A DNA stretch of 64,000 nucleotides from a virus (IMGVR_UViG_3300033062_002302), one strand, 5' to 3'. Counted from the stretch's first letter, positions 37,027-46,878 are shown. Notes: generated by a model from the sequence alone, not told the origin. Program-made: numbers and translations.

Positions 37027-37838
37027 ATAACAAATTTCAAATTTTGTTGCTCGATCCCGCTTGGAGTTTTCAAGATAAGCTTGAAAATAATGATACCCCT
37101 CGGGGAGCCGAGTCTAATTATAAAACGATGACCCTTGATGACATCAAGGCATTAAAAGTTAATGAGTTGGCAGATCCTGACGGATGCGTCTTGGCTCTAT
37201 GGGTTCCATCTTCTCTTTTACAAGATGGTTTAGATGTCATGAAAAAATTTAATTTCGAAATGAAACAGACCTATATTTGGGTGAAGACCAAAAAGAGTCC
37301 ATTAGAAGAAGTTTCCGATTTATTTAATAGTAGTATTAAATCTGTTACGCTAGACAATCTTAAAAGCTTTAAAAGCTCCTTTGGTAATCTTATAAAAGAT
37401 GTGAATCTTTCAAGCGTTCTCGCTTTTTTCATGGGTCGTTTGTTTAGACAAACGCATGAAATTTGTTTAATAGGCATCAACAATACTAAAATTTATAAAA
37501 AGCTAATGAACAAGTCTCAACGCTCTGTTTCATTTGGAGAAAATAAAAAGCATTCAGAGAAGCCAGAGCATCTGCATAATTCTCTTGATTTGATGTTTCC
37601 ATCAACTTCAGAATATAAAATTAATAAACTTGAACTTTTTGCCCGTCGCCAAAAGAACGGATGGCTATGTTGTGGGAATGAAGCTCCTATGACATTCGGA
37701 GAAGACCTCAGGGATAATATTGATAAAATCATAAATTGCCCTAATGAACAATTTTTAGAGTTAATGAAATTAACTTCAGAAGCAGATAATGCTAGTAATA
37801 AAGAGCTAAGAGAAAAATGGAAAGAGATACAAGTTTAG
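37023..37838 (+). CDS. MT-A70 family adenine methyltransferase
   Basis: LDPAW (cf. DPPW), YKTMT, LALW, WVKT, HSEKP, LELFARR, GNE. Confidence 0.85.
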   Translation: MNNKFQILLLDPAWSFQDKLENNDTPRGAESNYKTMTLDDIKALKVNELADPDGCVLALWVPSSLLQDGLDVMKKFNFEMKQTYIWVKTKKSPLEEVSDLFNSSIKSVTLDNLKSFKSSFGNLIKDVNLSSVLAFFMGRLFRQTHEICLIGINNTKIYKKLMNKSQRSVSFGENKKHSEKPEHLHNSLDLMFPSTSEYKINKLELFARRQKNGWLCCGNEAPMTFGEDLRDNIDKIINCPNEQFLELMKLTSEADNASNKELREKWKEIQV

Positions 37839-38359
37839 ATTTTCTGCTAAAGAAAACTCTTTTATTAGATTCTTCTTATCAGATTGAATCCTTTATTTCT
37901 TTTAGAAAAGCGATCAATCTTCTTTTTAGAGATGATACGGTTGAAATAATTTCAAGTTGGGAAGAGGATATTTCCTTGGTTTCAGGAAAAATTAGGCATC
38001 CTTCTATTTTAAGATTAAAAAATCATATTAGAAAAACAATTAGTGTTAATGCAGAATTTTCTCGGAAAACATTGGTTTATCGAGATAAGAGCACATGCCA
38101 ATATTGTAATAAAGTTTTAGTAGGAGGAGAAGTTACTATCGACCATATTATTCCCAAATATCATGGCGGAAAGACTAGCTACACCAACTGCGTAGTTTCT
38201 TGTAAAATTTGTAATAATAGAAAATCCAATAAAACATTAGAACAGGCTAAATTGAAACTCTTGAGAGAGCCAATTCAGCCTGCTTATATTCCTAATCATA
38301 AATTATCTAGACCCCAAGAATTTTGGAATTTAGATTGGGATAATTTTATTTCAAAATAA
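37817..38359 (+). CDS. HNH endonuclease (McrA-like)
   Basis: RD..CQYC, TIDHIIP..GG..N.V..C..CN..K. Confidence 0.9.
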   Translation: MERDTSLDFLLKKTLLLDSSYQIESFISFRKAINLLFRDDTVEIISSWEEDISLVSGKIRHPSILRLKNHIRKTISVNAEFSRKTLVYRDKSTCQYCNKVLVGGEVTIDHIIPKYHGGKTSYTNCVVSCKICNNRKSNKTLEQAKLKLLREPIQPAYIPNHKLSRPQEFWNLDWDNFISK

Positions 38360-38515
38360 CTCTATGATGATGTGGTCTTCTCCATCTTCGTCTTTTTCAT
38401 TTTTTTCTTCTTCGACGTTTTCAATATAGTCAGCTTCAATGTATAATGGTAGGAGTTCCGGCTCTTTATTGATTTTCTTCTTTTTTTCATGTATAAACGG
38501 AAAATAGGGAATCAT
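38351..38515 (-). CDS. small acidic hypothetical protein
   Basis: GGAGG RBS before MIPYFPF. Confidence 0.55.
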   Translation of the reverse strand: MIPYFPFIHEKKKKINKEPELLPLYIEADYIENVEEEKNEKDEDGEDHIIIELF

Positions 38516-38548
38516 ATAGTCCTCCTGAGGATATAATAGAATATTGTT

Positions 38549-38767
38549 ATGCTTTGCAGCGCTTGTCAAAAATTAGCATCTCTTAATACAAACAAAATTT
38601 GCATGAAATGTCAAAGCCTTATCACATTAAGTATATCAGTTTTATGTGAAAGTTGCTCTAAATCTGCGCAATCTTGCTCTGCTTGTCTTAAGAAAATCTC
38701 TATTCAATCTAACCAGCCTCAGGGCAAAAATCAAGGTCGAGGCTGTCAAAGCTGCGGAAATAAATGA
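38549..38767 (+). CDS. Cys-rich zinc-finger protein
   Basis: five CxxC pairs. Confidence 0.6.
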   Translation: MLCSACQKLASLNTNKICMKCQSLITLSISVLCESCSKSAQSCSACLKKISIQSNQPQGKNQGRGCQSCGNK

Positions 38768-39294
38768 TAATTATTAATGATCAAAAATTGCTCAGGACGC
38801 CGTGCCAAGATGTCTTACCCGAAGAGGTAGCGACCCTCAAAGCGAAGTTAGAATTCGAACTGGCTCAGGCAAACGCCCAAGGCAAGCAAGGGATCGGTCT
38901 CGCTGCCCCTCAGATTGGAATCTTTAAGAAGATGGCGATTATTCGTCTCAATGAGATTAAGATAGATCTTGTTAATTGCCAAATTGAAAAAGGATATGAT
39001 CCATTTCTTTTTACAGAAGAGGGATGCCTTTCATTTCCTGGAAAAATTGAAACTACCCGAAGATTTCAAGAAGTTTATGTCACTCATAATTTAATTGAAC
39101 CATCTTCATTTGTTGTAACCGGTTTAGCAGCGATTGCGGTTCAACACGAGTTAGATCATTTAAATGGAATTCTTTTAGAGGATAGAGCAATTAAAAATAC
39201 TAAAAAGATTGGTGTTAATGACCCGTGCCCCTGCGGTAAAATTAATTTAGAAACAAAAAAGCCGATAAAATTTAAAAATTGCTGTCGAGAATGA
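38764..39294 (+). CDS. def: peptide deformylase with C-terminal SEC-C motif
   Basis: GIGLAAPQIG, EGCLS, QHELDH; KIGVNDPCPCG...KFKNCC. Confidence 0.9.
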   Translation: MIIINDQKLLRTPCQDVLPEEVATLKAKLEFELAQANAQGKQGIGLAAPQIGIFKKMAIIRLNEIKIDLVNCQIEKGYDPFLFTEEGCLSFPGKIETTRRFQEVYVTHNLIEPSSFVVTGLAAIAVQHELDHLNGILLEDRAIKNTKKIGVNDPCPCGKINLETKKPIKFKNCCRE

Positions 39295-39315
39295 TGGTTA
39301 TAGTATCCATTATCA

Positions 39316-39654
39316 ATGGACTATATTACAGACGAGAAAGAGCTAAAAAATGCCGAAGGAATTACGGCTATTTATTTTTATGCTCAATGGATGCCATTTC
39401 ATAAAAAAATGAAAATTATGATTGAAAAGGTCCAAAAGATTTATGATGTTAAATTTTATGCGGTTGATACGGATTCTTTTCCAGGATTAGCTAAAAGATT
39501 TAATGTAACTTCAATTCCAGAAGTTGTTATTACAACAACTGGAGGAGAAGAAATTAATAGAATTAAAGGTATTGTTATGACGACAGCCTTTAAAAGTACA
39601 TTTTTCAAAATATTTCACCCTAAAAAGGAAAACAATGTCAAATTAAGAAAATGA
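39316..39654 (+). CDS. thioredoxin-fold protein lacking CxxC
   Basis: FYAQWMPFH, VDTD..LAKRFNVTSIP. Confidence 0.7.
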   Translation: MDYITDEKELKNAEGITAIYFYAQWMPFHKKMKIMIEKVQKIYDVKFYAVDTDSFPGLAKRFNVTSIPEVVITTTGGEEINRIKGIVMTTAFKSTFFKIFHPKKENNVKLRK

Positions 39655-39889
39655 ATTAAGCGGCGAAGCTCTTAAAATTTGGAACGAAATTCGAAGTGTT
39701 GAATTAGATTTATTTAACCTTCCAAATCAGACGGTTGAAAAAAACGTACATCCTCTTCCAATAGATGATAGTGTATTGTATTTGACCATTCCTGTTCCAG
39801 CAGCTTATCCCGCTTTAGACACCGCTTTAAATTCTAAGTTTGATATTGAGATGGTCGGAAAATGGTATGTTGTTAAGCGAAAGGTATAA
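39635..39889 (+). pseudogene. 85-codon reading frame with in-frame TAA at codon 4
   Basis: AAGGA RBS, ATG TCA AAT TAA, then 80 open codons filling the gap to 39892. Confidence 0.5.
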
Positions 39890-39891
39890 TT

Positions 39892-40410
39892 ATGTCAAAC
39901 GATGATTCCGGTCCTAAAGGTCCTAATAAAGGGCTAAAAATTCCTGCTGGAAAATCTTTTCTCGATAATAAGCCGAAGAAGCCTTCAAAAGAAGAATTTG
40001 AGCGAGAATCAGCGTTAGCCAATGAGAAGTTAAATTCTCATGGAATAAAAGCTGTAGACTTATCTAAATCATATCTAAAGCTTTTAGATGATAAAACTCT
40101 TGTCGCCAATAAATCTCCATTAGTTCTTGATATTGAAAAAGAAACCATGGCTAATTTAGGTCAATTAGCCATTGACATGAATACAGATGAAAACGAGATT
40201 GAAGGCATCGGGTCTGTTGGATTATGTACTCTTTTGTTACGTTGTCTTTTTTTACAGAGAGATAAAATTAATAGTTTAGATTATAAAATATCTACTTTAG
40301 ATCAGAAAGTATCAGAACTTACCTCTGAATTAGAGAATAAGATAAATACTCTTGATCGAGGCGTAGAAAATAAAATCAATGAAATTGAAAGCAATCTTAG
40401 AATAAAATGA
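39892..40410 (+). CDS. hypothetical coiled-coil protein
   Basis: ORF with heptad-like C-terminus. Confidence 0.6.
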   Translation: MSNDDSGPKGPNKGLKIPAGKSFLDNKPKKPSKEEFERESALANEKLNSHGIKAVDLSKSYLKLLDDKTLVANKSPLVLDIEKETMANLGQLAIDMNTDENEIEGIGSVGLCTLLLRCLFLQRDKINSLDYKISTLDQKVSELTSELENKINTLDRGVENKINEIESNLRIK

Positions 40411-40586
40411 TCTCTAATGATGATATTCTTCTTTTAATTATAGAAGAAAAAGAAAAATATAGGAATTACACTCATTCATGCAGCCAATACAAAATCCAAC
40501 CGGATCCGATAGCGGTCCTCAAGCATCAAACAACTTTGGATTTACTGAATCAGCTCCTAGGACAAAAGAATACTACCAAGATCTGA
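40407..40586 (+). CDS. small ORF (59 aa) overlapping the primase Zn-finger gene
   Basis: ATGA overlap with the upstream stop; MISNDDILLLIIEEKEK... Confidence 0.45.
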   Translation: MISNDDILLLIIEEKEKYRNYTHSCSQYKIQPDPIAVLKHQTTLDLLNQLLGQKNTTKI

Positions 40587-41095
40587 TTGCTCGCGCCAAT
40601 CAAATATGCCTTAAAACTATTTTTAAATCTTACGGTGTTTTTCTAGATGAGTACAACAAAAAGTGCTGCTGTCCTTTTCCGTTCCATACGGATAAATCTC
40701 CGTCTTTTAATTATTATCCCGATACTAATACTTTTGTTTGCTATGGATGCAATACTCGTGGTAAAGCGGTTAATTTTGTGGTCGCTATGGAAAAAATAAA
40801 AGTTTCTCAAGCCGCCCATAAAATCATAGAGTATTTTTCTGATGAAAATACGGAATATGATTTTAAAAATCAAAAAAATATTAATTATCAGCAAAGACTT
40901 TTAACTTTAGCCTCTTTCTCAAATGAGGTTAGAAATTTTATACAGGCTAACCTCAACGATAATAAAGCCATGAATTTTATTGATAAAATTTGTGCCTCGT
41001 TTGATAAATTGAACACAAAATACATTCCTGACAATGAAGCTTTAGAAGCTTTGGTTCAAAAGCATAAAATTAAAATTGATAACTATACTGGATAA
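40478..41095 (+). CDS. CHC2 zinc-finger protein (stand-alone primase Zn-binding domain)
   Basis: CPFPFHTDKSPSF..Y..TNTFVCYGC..G..VNFV. Confidence 0.85.
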   Translation: MQPIQNPTGSDSGPQASNNFGFTESAPRTKEYYQDLIARANQICLKTIFKSYGVFLDEYNKKCCCPFPFHTDKSPSFNYYPDTNTFVCYGCNTRGKAVNFVVAMEKIKVSQAAHKIIEYFSDENTEYDFKNQKNINYQQRLLTLASFSNEVRNFIQANLNDNKAMNFIDKICASFDKLNTKYIPDNEALEALVQKHKIKIDNYTG

Positions 41096-41098
41096 TTT

Positions 41099-42289
41099 AT
41101 GACAGTTATTTTAGGCGATCCTCATGTTGGAGGAGGAACATCTATCGGAAAAACCGGAATTGGGACTGCTCTCAATTCTAGAATTATCGATCAGCTCGCT
41201 TTATTGAATTGGACGTTAGACCAAGCGGTCGAACATAACTCCAAAGATATTATCATTACTGGAGATATTTTTGAAGAGCCGAAGCCTCATCCAAGTTTAA
41301 TTTGTGCTTTTATCGAGTGGGTTCAAGAATGCAAAATTCGCTGTGTTAACGTTCATGCCGTAATGGGCAATCACGATTTTCTCAGGACCGGAAATTTTTA
41401 TAATTCTCCTTTAGACATTCTTTCTCAATCTGAGATTGATAATTTTTTCTTTTATAAAGACATTAATACAATTATTATTGATTCTTGCGCATTTACAATG
41501 ATGCCTTTTAGAGATAGAAAATCTTTCAAATCTGAAAAGAATAGTGAAGCTTTAGACATGCTTAAAACTTCTCTTCAGTATGAAGTTGCTTCTATTCCTA
41601 AAACATATACAAAAGTTTTAATTGGTCATTTCGCAATTGAAGGTTCTCTCCCAGTTGGAGATGAAATTGATGACATTATGAATGAGCTTTTTTGTCCATT
41701 AGATATGTTTTCAGATTATGATTATGTTTGGATGGGACATATCCACAAACCTCAGGTAATGCAAAAATCGCCTAGAATTGCCCATATTGGAAGTATGGAT
41801 ATTTCAAATTTTGGGGAAAATGATCAAGACAAATATATTATTGTCTTTGATTCTAGCTCATCTTCATTTCAAGAAGTTAAATTACCGACCAGACAGTTAA
41901 ATAAACTAAATATTAATATTCCTAAAGATATTAAAGATACAACACAATTTGTTATTGATGAAATAGAAAAAGGGTCTCTATCTAAAGATTCAATTGTTAG
42001 ATTAGAAATTTCTCTTCAATCATCAGATTTGGGTCCTGTTGATCGTTCTAGAATTGAAAAATTCATTTATGACAAAGGTATTTTTAATATTTCTAGCTTT
42101 TCAGAATCCAAAAAGTTTGACATTCTTAAAAAATCAGACTCATTAAATGAGATAAATACTAATTTAGATCCTGGGGAAGCAATTAAGGCTTGGGCAGAAC
42201 ATAAATATGGACAAGATGAAAGAAAATCTAAATTTTTAGAAATATCTTTAGATCTATTGTCTCAACTGAAAAATGAGTCTAAAGATTGA
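41099..42289 (+). CDS. sbcD: SbcD/Mre11/gp47 nuclease
   Basis: GDPH, TGDIF, GNHD, GHF, MGHIH. Confidence 0.85.
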   Translation: MTVILGDPHVGGGTSIGKTGIGTALNSRIIDQLALLNWTLDQAVEHNSKDIIITGDIFEEPKPHPSLICAFIEWVQECKIRCVNVHAVMGNHDFLRTGNFYNSPLDILSQSEIDNFFFYKDINTIIIDSCAFTMMPFRDRKSFKSEKNSEALDMLKTSLQYEVASIPKTYTKVLIGHFAIEGSLPVGDEIDDIMNELFCPLDMFSDYDYVWMGHIHKPQVMQKSPRIAHIGSMDISNFGENDQDKYIIVFDSSSSSFQEVKLPTRQLNKLNINIPKDIKDTTQFVIDEIEKGSLSKDSIVRLEISLQSSDLGPVDRSRIEKFIYDKGIFNISSFSESKKFDILKKSDSLNEINTNLDPGEAIKAWAEHKYGQDERKSKFLEISLDLLSQLKNESKD

Positions 42290-44499
42290 AACCACTATAT
42301 ATTTATATAGAAAATTTTCTATGTTATGCTATTACTGAATTAGACTTGTCTAATATCAGTTCTGCTCTTATCATTGGAAAAAACAATGATAATGATAACA
42401 TTTCTAATGGAGTCGGCAAGTCCACTCTTTTTAGAGCCATTGAATATGTTTTATTTAATGAAGCCAGGGGTCTAAATCTCGAAGAGATTATACGAGACGA
42501 CATGAATTCTTGCAAAATTATTTTTGATTTTGCTTTGAACGGTCAAATTTGGAGAATTTCTAGAAGTCGAACTCGAAAAGGAGTTTCAGATCTTTCACTC
42601 TATCAAAGAATAGAAGGTCCCGATCAAACCAATCCGCACACTCTAAAGCCGTCAGATTTAACCCATAAGCTCTTTTGGGAAGACCTCTCGTCCCGAAGGA
42701 CGGGAGACACCGAAAACGACCTTGGCAAGCTGATTAAAACGAACTACAAGGCATTCGCCAATGCATTCCTCTTCGCCCAAAATGACTTCAACTCCGGCTT
42801 AGCCAATATTACGCCAAGCAAGAGGCGAACATTTTTTAGAGAATCTCTTCCGATAGGAATTTATGGAAAGCTTGAAAAATTAGCCAAAGAGAAGTCAAGC
42901 CATCTTCAAAAAGAATTAGACAAAAAAAGAGCCGTCAGGGATAATTTTCCTGATTTTGATTCAGAGAATTTAAATATAGCCAATAATATAGTTGAATATC
43001 AAAATTTATTAACTATTAAAACAAATGAATCTAATTCATTAAACAATGAACTGTTAGGTTCTAAAAAAATAGAATCTGAAATTAAGACGGAATATACGGT
43101 TCTTCAAACTAAGCTATCAACAATATTGAGTAACAAAAGAGCCGCTGAAGAAAGAGTTCAAAGACTAAATAAGTCCTTAAATGATTCTTCTCTTAAGAAA
43201 AAATCTATTTTAGAGCAGGCTAAAAATTTAGTTTCAGAAATTAAATCATTAAAAGATCAAGAGATTATACTTCAAAATAAGTTAAATTCTTTTGAATCTG
43301 AAGAAAATTTAAAATCTAAAATTGAATTAAATAGAAATCAATTATCAAATTTCAATTCCAATATCTCAATCTTAAAGTCTAAGATTGAAGAATTGGAAGT
43401 TCCAATGCCAAATGACGCTATTTGCCGTCACTGTCGTCAGGAACTAACAGAAGAACACAAACGCGCGTGTCTTTCTGATATTCAAAAAGAAATTAAAGAT
43501 TGTAAGAAAAAAATCGAAGATCTTCAGAATCTAATAAAACAATCAAATTTATTTCAAAAAGAAAGCTTAGATTCTCTAAAAGAATTGGAAAATTCTAAAA
43601 AAGAATTAGAATCTTGCTCATTAAAGATTCAATCTAAACAAAAAGAATCTAAAGATAAAAAAGTTTTATTTGAAGATTATTCTAGAATCTTAGACAAAGA
43701 AAAAGAAGAACTCGCTCTTGCCAATCAAGAGTTAGATCTTTTATTGAAGTCATTTGAATCTTCTAATGAAGACCAAGTTAAGACATTAAAGTCTAAGCTA
43801 GATAATCAATCTTTATTAGTTAAAAATAAAGAATATTCCCTGGCGCAATGCATTAAAGAGATAAATGACTTAAATACTCAAATATCAGTCGCTAACAACA
43901 ATTTATCTAGAAATGACCTCTTAAAAAAACAAAAGAAGGAGCTGGAGGCTTTAATTCTAGGATTAGAAGAGGAATACTCTATTTATCCTGACGTCATTGA
44001 ATCTTTTAGTTCTACAGGCATTCCAAATTCAATTATCAAAAGTCTTTTAGACGAGCTTCAGGCAGAAGCGAATAATATTTTAAATCAGATTAAACCTAGT
44101 CTTCAATTAGGGTTTAGTCTGACCAAGACCAAATCTGACAAGACGGAAGACGAAGATTTAGAAATTAATTATTATTACAATAATAAAATTCGTTCTTTTG
44201 GCGCCATTTCTGGCGCGATGCAACTATCCGTTATGTTTGCTTTAAAAATAGGATATGCCTTTCTTCTCTATAAGAAATTAGGAACAGATATTAAATTTAT
44301 TATGCTGGATGAAGTTGATATGCCGTTAGATAAGGCATCGATTGATGCTTTGGCGGATATTTTAAAGTTTTTTCAAAAAGAGTTCAGCGTCTTCATTATT
44401 AGTCATAATGATAGATCAAAAGAAAAATTAGAAAAAATTGGCAATGTTATAGTCGTCGAACAAGATCATAACATGACATCCCGAGCGAGGCTAGAATGA
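42286..44499 (+). CDS. sbcC: SbcC/Rad50/gp46 ATPase
   Basis: NGVGKS, coiled coil with CRHC hook, ISGA, MLDEVD, ISH. Confidence 0.9.
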   Translation: MKPLYIYIENFLCYAITELDLSNISSALIIGKNNDNDNISNGVGKSTLFRAIEYVLFNEARGLNLEEIIRDDMNSCKIIFDFALNGQIWRISRSRTRKGVSDLSLYQRIEGPDQTNPHTLKPSDLTHKLFWEDLSSRRTGDTENDLGKLIKTNYKAFANAFLFAQNDFNSGLANITPSKRRTFFRESLPIGIYGKLEKLAKEKSSHLQKELDKKRAVRDNFPDFDSENLNIANNIVEYQNLLTIKTNESNSLNNELLGSKKIESEIKTEYTVLQTKLSTILSNKRAAEERVQRLNKSLNDSSLKKKSILEQAKNLVSEIKSLKDQEIILQNKLNSFESEENLKSKIELNRNQLSNFNSNISILKSKIEELEVPMPNDAICRHCRQELTEEHKRACLSDIQKEIKDCKKKIEDLQNLIKQSNLFQKESLDSLKELENSKKELESCSLKIQSKQKESKDKKVLFEDYSRILDKEKEELALANQELDLLLKSFESSNEDQVKTLKSKLDNQSLLVKNKEYSLAQCIKEINDLNTQISVANNNLSRNDLLKKQKKELEALILGLEEEYSIYPDVIESFSSTGIPNSIIKSLLDELQAEANNILNQIKPSLQLGFSLTKTKSDKTEDEDLEINYYYNNKIRSFGAISGAMQLSVMFALKIGYAFLLYKKLGTDIKFIMLDEVDMPLDKASIDALADILKFFQKEFSVFIISHNDRSKEKLEKIGNVIVVEQDHNMTSRARLE

Positions 44500-45533
44500 T
44501 TGTAGTTTTTGGTGGCAGAAAAGGAAGCGGTAAAACTTTGTTTTCTTCAGAATTGGAGAAAGATGGTTTTATTAAAATTTCTTTTGCAGATTATCTGAGG
44601 GAAACTCTTTCAAAGCTTTACAAAATAGATATTTCTAAATTTAAAGACCCAAATGAAAAAGGAAAAATTTTAGAAAAACCTTTAGATTGGAATAAAGATG
44701 TCGCTAAAAAATTGTTCAAACTGGTTAAAATCTCAAATTACCGATTCAAAATTGAAGATCAACGATTTTCGACACTGCGTCAGACAATGCAATATATTGG
44801 AACTAATGTATTGCGTCGGTATAATAACAATTTCCATGTTGAAAAAACGATAAAAAGAATCAAAAAGAATGTTAATTATGTCTGTGATGATGTTCGATTT
44901 CCAAATGAGCTAAATGCTCTTAGGAAATTGAAAGCTTTAGATATTTTTATTTTAAGACCAAATCATTTTGATATCTCTAATCATAAGTCTGAAACATCAT
45001 TAAAATGGAACGATTTTAGCTATAAAATTTTTAATAATAAAAACATCGTTTCTTTAAAAAAAGATTTTAATAAAATGATGAAAGATTATTATGATTATAT
45101 AAAGAACGGTCCTCCGGCGTTCGGACCCTCTTTTCCCGACAATTATCATTCTGACCTTTTTGAGGATGATTTTAAGTTTTTGATTTTCGATGACGATACT
45201 AGCTATGCTAGCGCTTTGTTTTTAGCAAATTCTAAAATAATTTTTAATAAAAATGGATTTTTTGAAAAGTTAATATTTTCAACGAAATCAGCTGCCAACT
45301 ATGTTTATTTTAAAAAATTATTTTCTTCGGATGTAGTCGAATACAAAAAAGGAAATCTATTTATAATAGAAATTAGTTCTCCATTCACTGTTGAAAATCT
45401 TAAATTATGGAATGTTTATCCAAACAAGTTAAAATACCCAGAATTAATTGATGACATTAAAAATAATGAATCTATAAAACGGTCTTGGTTTAAAGGGGTG
45501 GCAGACTCTGATATGAAATTTAATTTTAGTTAA
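44496..45533 (+). CDS. deoxynucleoside monophosphate kinase with C-terminal extension
   Basis: GRKGSGKT, SFADYLR, R..MQYIGT, DDVRFPNE, HKSE. Confidence 0.8.
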   Translation: MIVVFGGRKGSGKTLFSSELEKDGFIKISFADYLRETLSKLYKIDISKFKDPNEKGKILEKPLDWNKDVAKKLFKLVKISNYRFKIEDQRFSTLRQTMQYIGTNVLRRYNNNFHVEKTIKRIKKNVNYVCDDVRFPNELNALRKLKALDIFILRPNHFDISNHKSETSLKWNDFSYKIFNNKNIVSLKKDFNKMMKDYYDYIKNGPPAFGPSFPDNYHSDLFEDDFKFLIFDDDTSYASALFLANSKIIFNKNGFFEKLIFSTKSAANYVYFKKLFSSDVVEYKKGNLFIIEISSPFTVENLKLWNVYPNKLKYPELIDDIKNNESIKRSWFKGVADSDMKFNFS

Positions 45534-45558
45534 ATTATGGATTATATTGCATTTTGGC

Positions 45559-45876
45559 ATGGATCTAAATGCCATAAAGAAAGATTATGTTCAAAAATAC
45601 CGCTTAATTGGTGAGCAAAAATTTTATCGCAATCTTTTATCGTTTGCTATCAAAAGGCTTGTTTTTATCCAAAATGATGGGTATTCTGGACTTCTATCTC
45701 CAGAATTAGATTTCCTTAGATTATCAGAAAACTTTCTTTTTCTTTATAGAAGAGAATCTGAGGATATTTATTTAGATCTTTCCCGAGTTTTCCGTAAGGC
45801 AGCTCATAAAATTTATAGAATTCTTCTAAAAAAGAACTTAACTAGTAAAAACATTAAATTTCTAAATGCGGCATAA
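45559..45876 (+). CDS. hypothetical protein
   Basis: ORF. Confidence 0.55.
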   Translation: MDLNAIKKDYVQKYRLIGEQKFYRNLLSFAIKRLVFIQNDGYSGLLSPELDFLRLSENFLFLYRRESEDIYLDLSRVFRKAAHKIYRILLKKNLTSKNIKFLNAA

Positions 45877-46878
45877 ATGACAGTAATTAGCGTTACCATT
45901 ACAGAATCAGAAGAGCAAATCGTTTCGGGATTTCCCAAATCCGTTACCGTTTCAACTAACATAATGTCTAACATCTATTATACATTAGATGGTACGGACC
46001 CGGATACGTACTCCGATATGTATGACGGTTTAATTTCTATTCCAGTAGATAAGCCAACATTAATTTTAAAGATTTTTGCTTCTAATGGGACGGATATGTC
46101 TCCAATTATTGAAACAATTTATCGAACGACATCTTTGACGGATTCAAATGTTCGGGCTCCTCATTCTGGGACTGATGCTACAGTTCAAGCTTCAATTAAG
46201 AATGACCCTCGTCCATTTGGAAGTCAGCCTATTCAACCAGAAGGCAATTTTACGCCATCTTCAGACGTAGGAAATACAACATATAATCCTTTATTGCCTA
46301 GCACATCCAATGGCTTTGATGCTGATGGAAATCCAAATGCTTTTACTAATTCACCATTTCTAGGAATTGCATCTAAAGATTTGCCTGTATTATTGACCGA
46401 AACGAATTGGTTAGGGGAAACAGGTCCAGGAATTGGAAATTTACCAAAATCAAAAGTTCAGAACCCAGTTCCACCCAAACAACAAACAAATATTGCGGAT
46501 AAATTATACGATCCAAGAGCATTAGTTATTTTTCAAGATTACTCAGATCCTCAAAATGTTCCTGAGCATGCAGACATTAATAGAATGTATTTTACTCTTG
46601 AAAATCCAAATGTGACACGAGATGGTAATCAATTTTATAATAGTGGATTAGATTCTCCAGGACCAACCGGAAGTTTTCTGAGACAACATTTTAATCCAAA
46701 AGATAATACTATTACTTATTATTATCGTGATTCTAGCGTAAATCGTTGGATTATTTCGAAAACAGGATATACTCCAGCTCCTGGAATGTATGATTATTCT
46801 AATGTCTTTTCTAGTCGGAAGGGCAAGCCAGGTTGGGTCTTTAGCTGGCGAACTTACGGTCAGCGTTTTCTGTATTAA
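45877..46878 (+). CDS. Fn3-associated/chitobiase C-terminal-like domain protein (possible virion protein)
   Basis: IYYTLDGTDP; Pro/Thr/Ser-rich. Confidence 0.6.
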   Translation: MTVISVTITESEEQIVSGFPKSVTVSTNIMSNIYYTLDGTDPDTYSDMYDGLISIPVDKPTLILKIFASNGTDMSPIIETIYRTTSLTDSNVRAPHSGTDATVQASIKNDPRPFGSQPIQPEGNFTPSSDVGNTTYNPLLPSTSNGFDADGNPNAFTNSPFLGIASKDLPVLLTETNWLGETGPGIGNLPKSKVQNPVPPKQQTNIADKLYDPRALVIFQDYSDPQNVPEHADINRMYFTLENPNVTRDGNQFYNSGLDSPGPTGSFLRQHFNPKDNTITYYYRDSSVNRWIISKTGYTPAPGMYDYSNVFSSRKGKPGWVFSWRTYGQRFLY

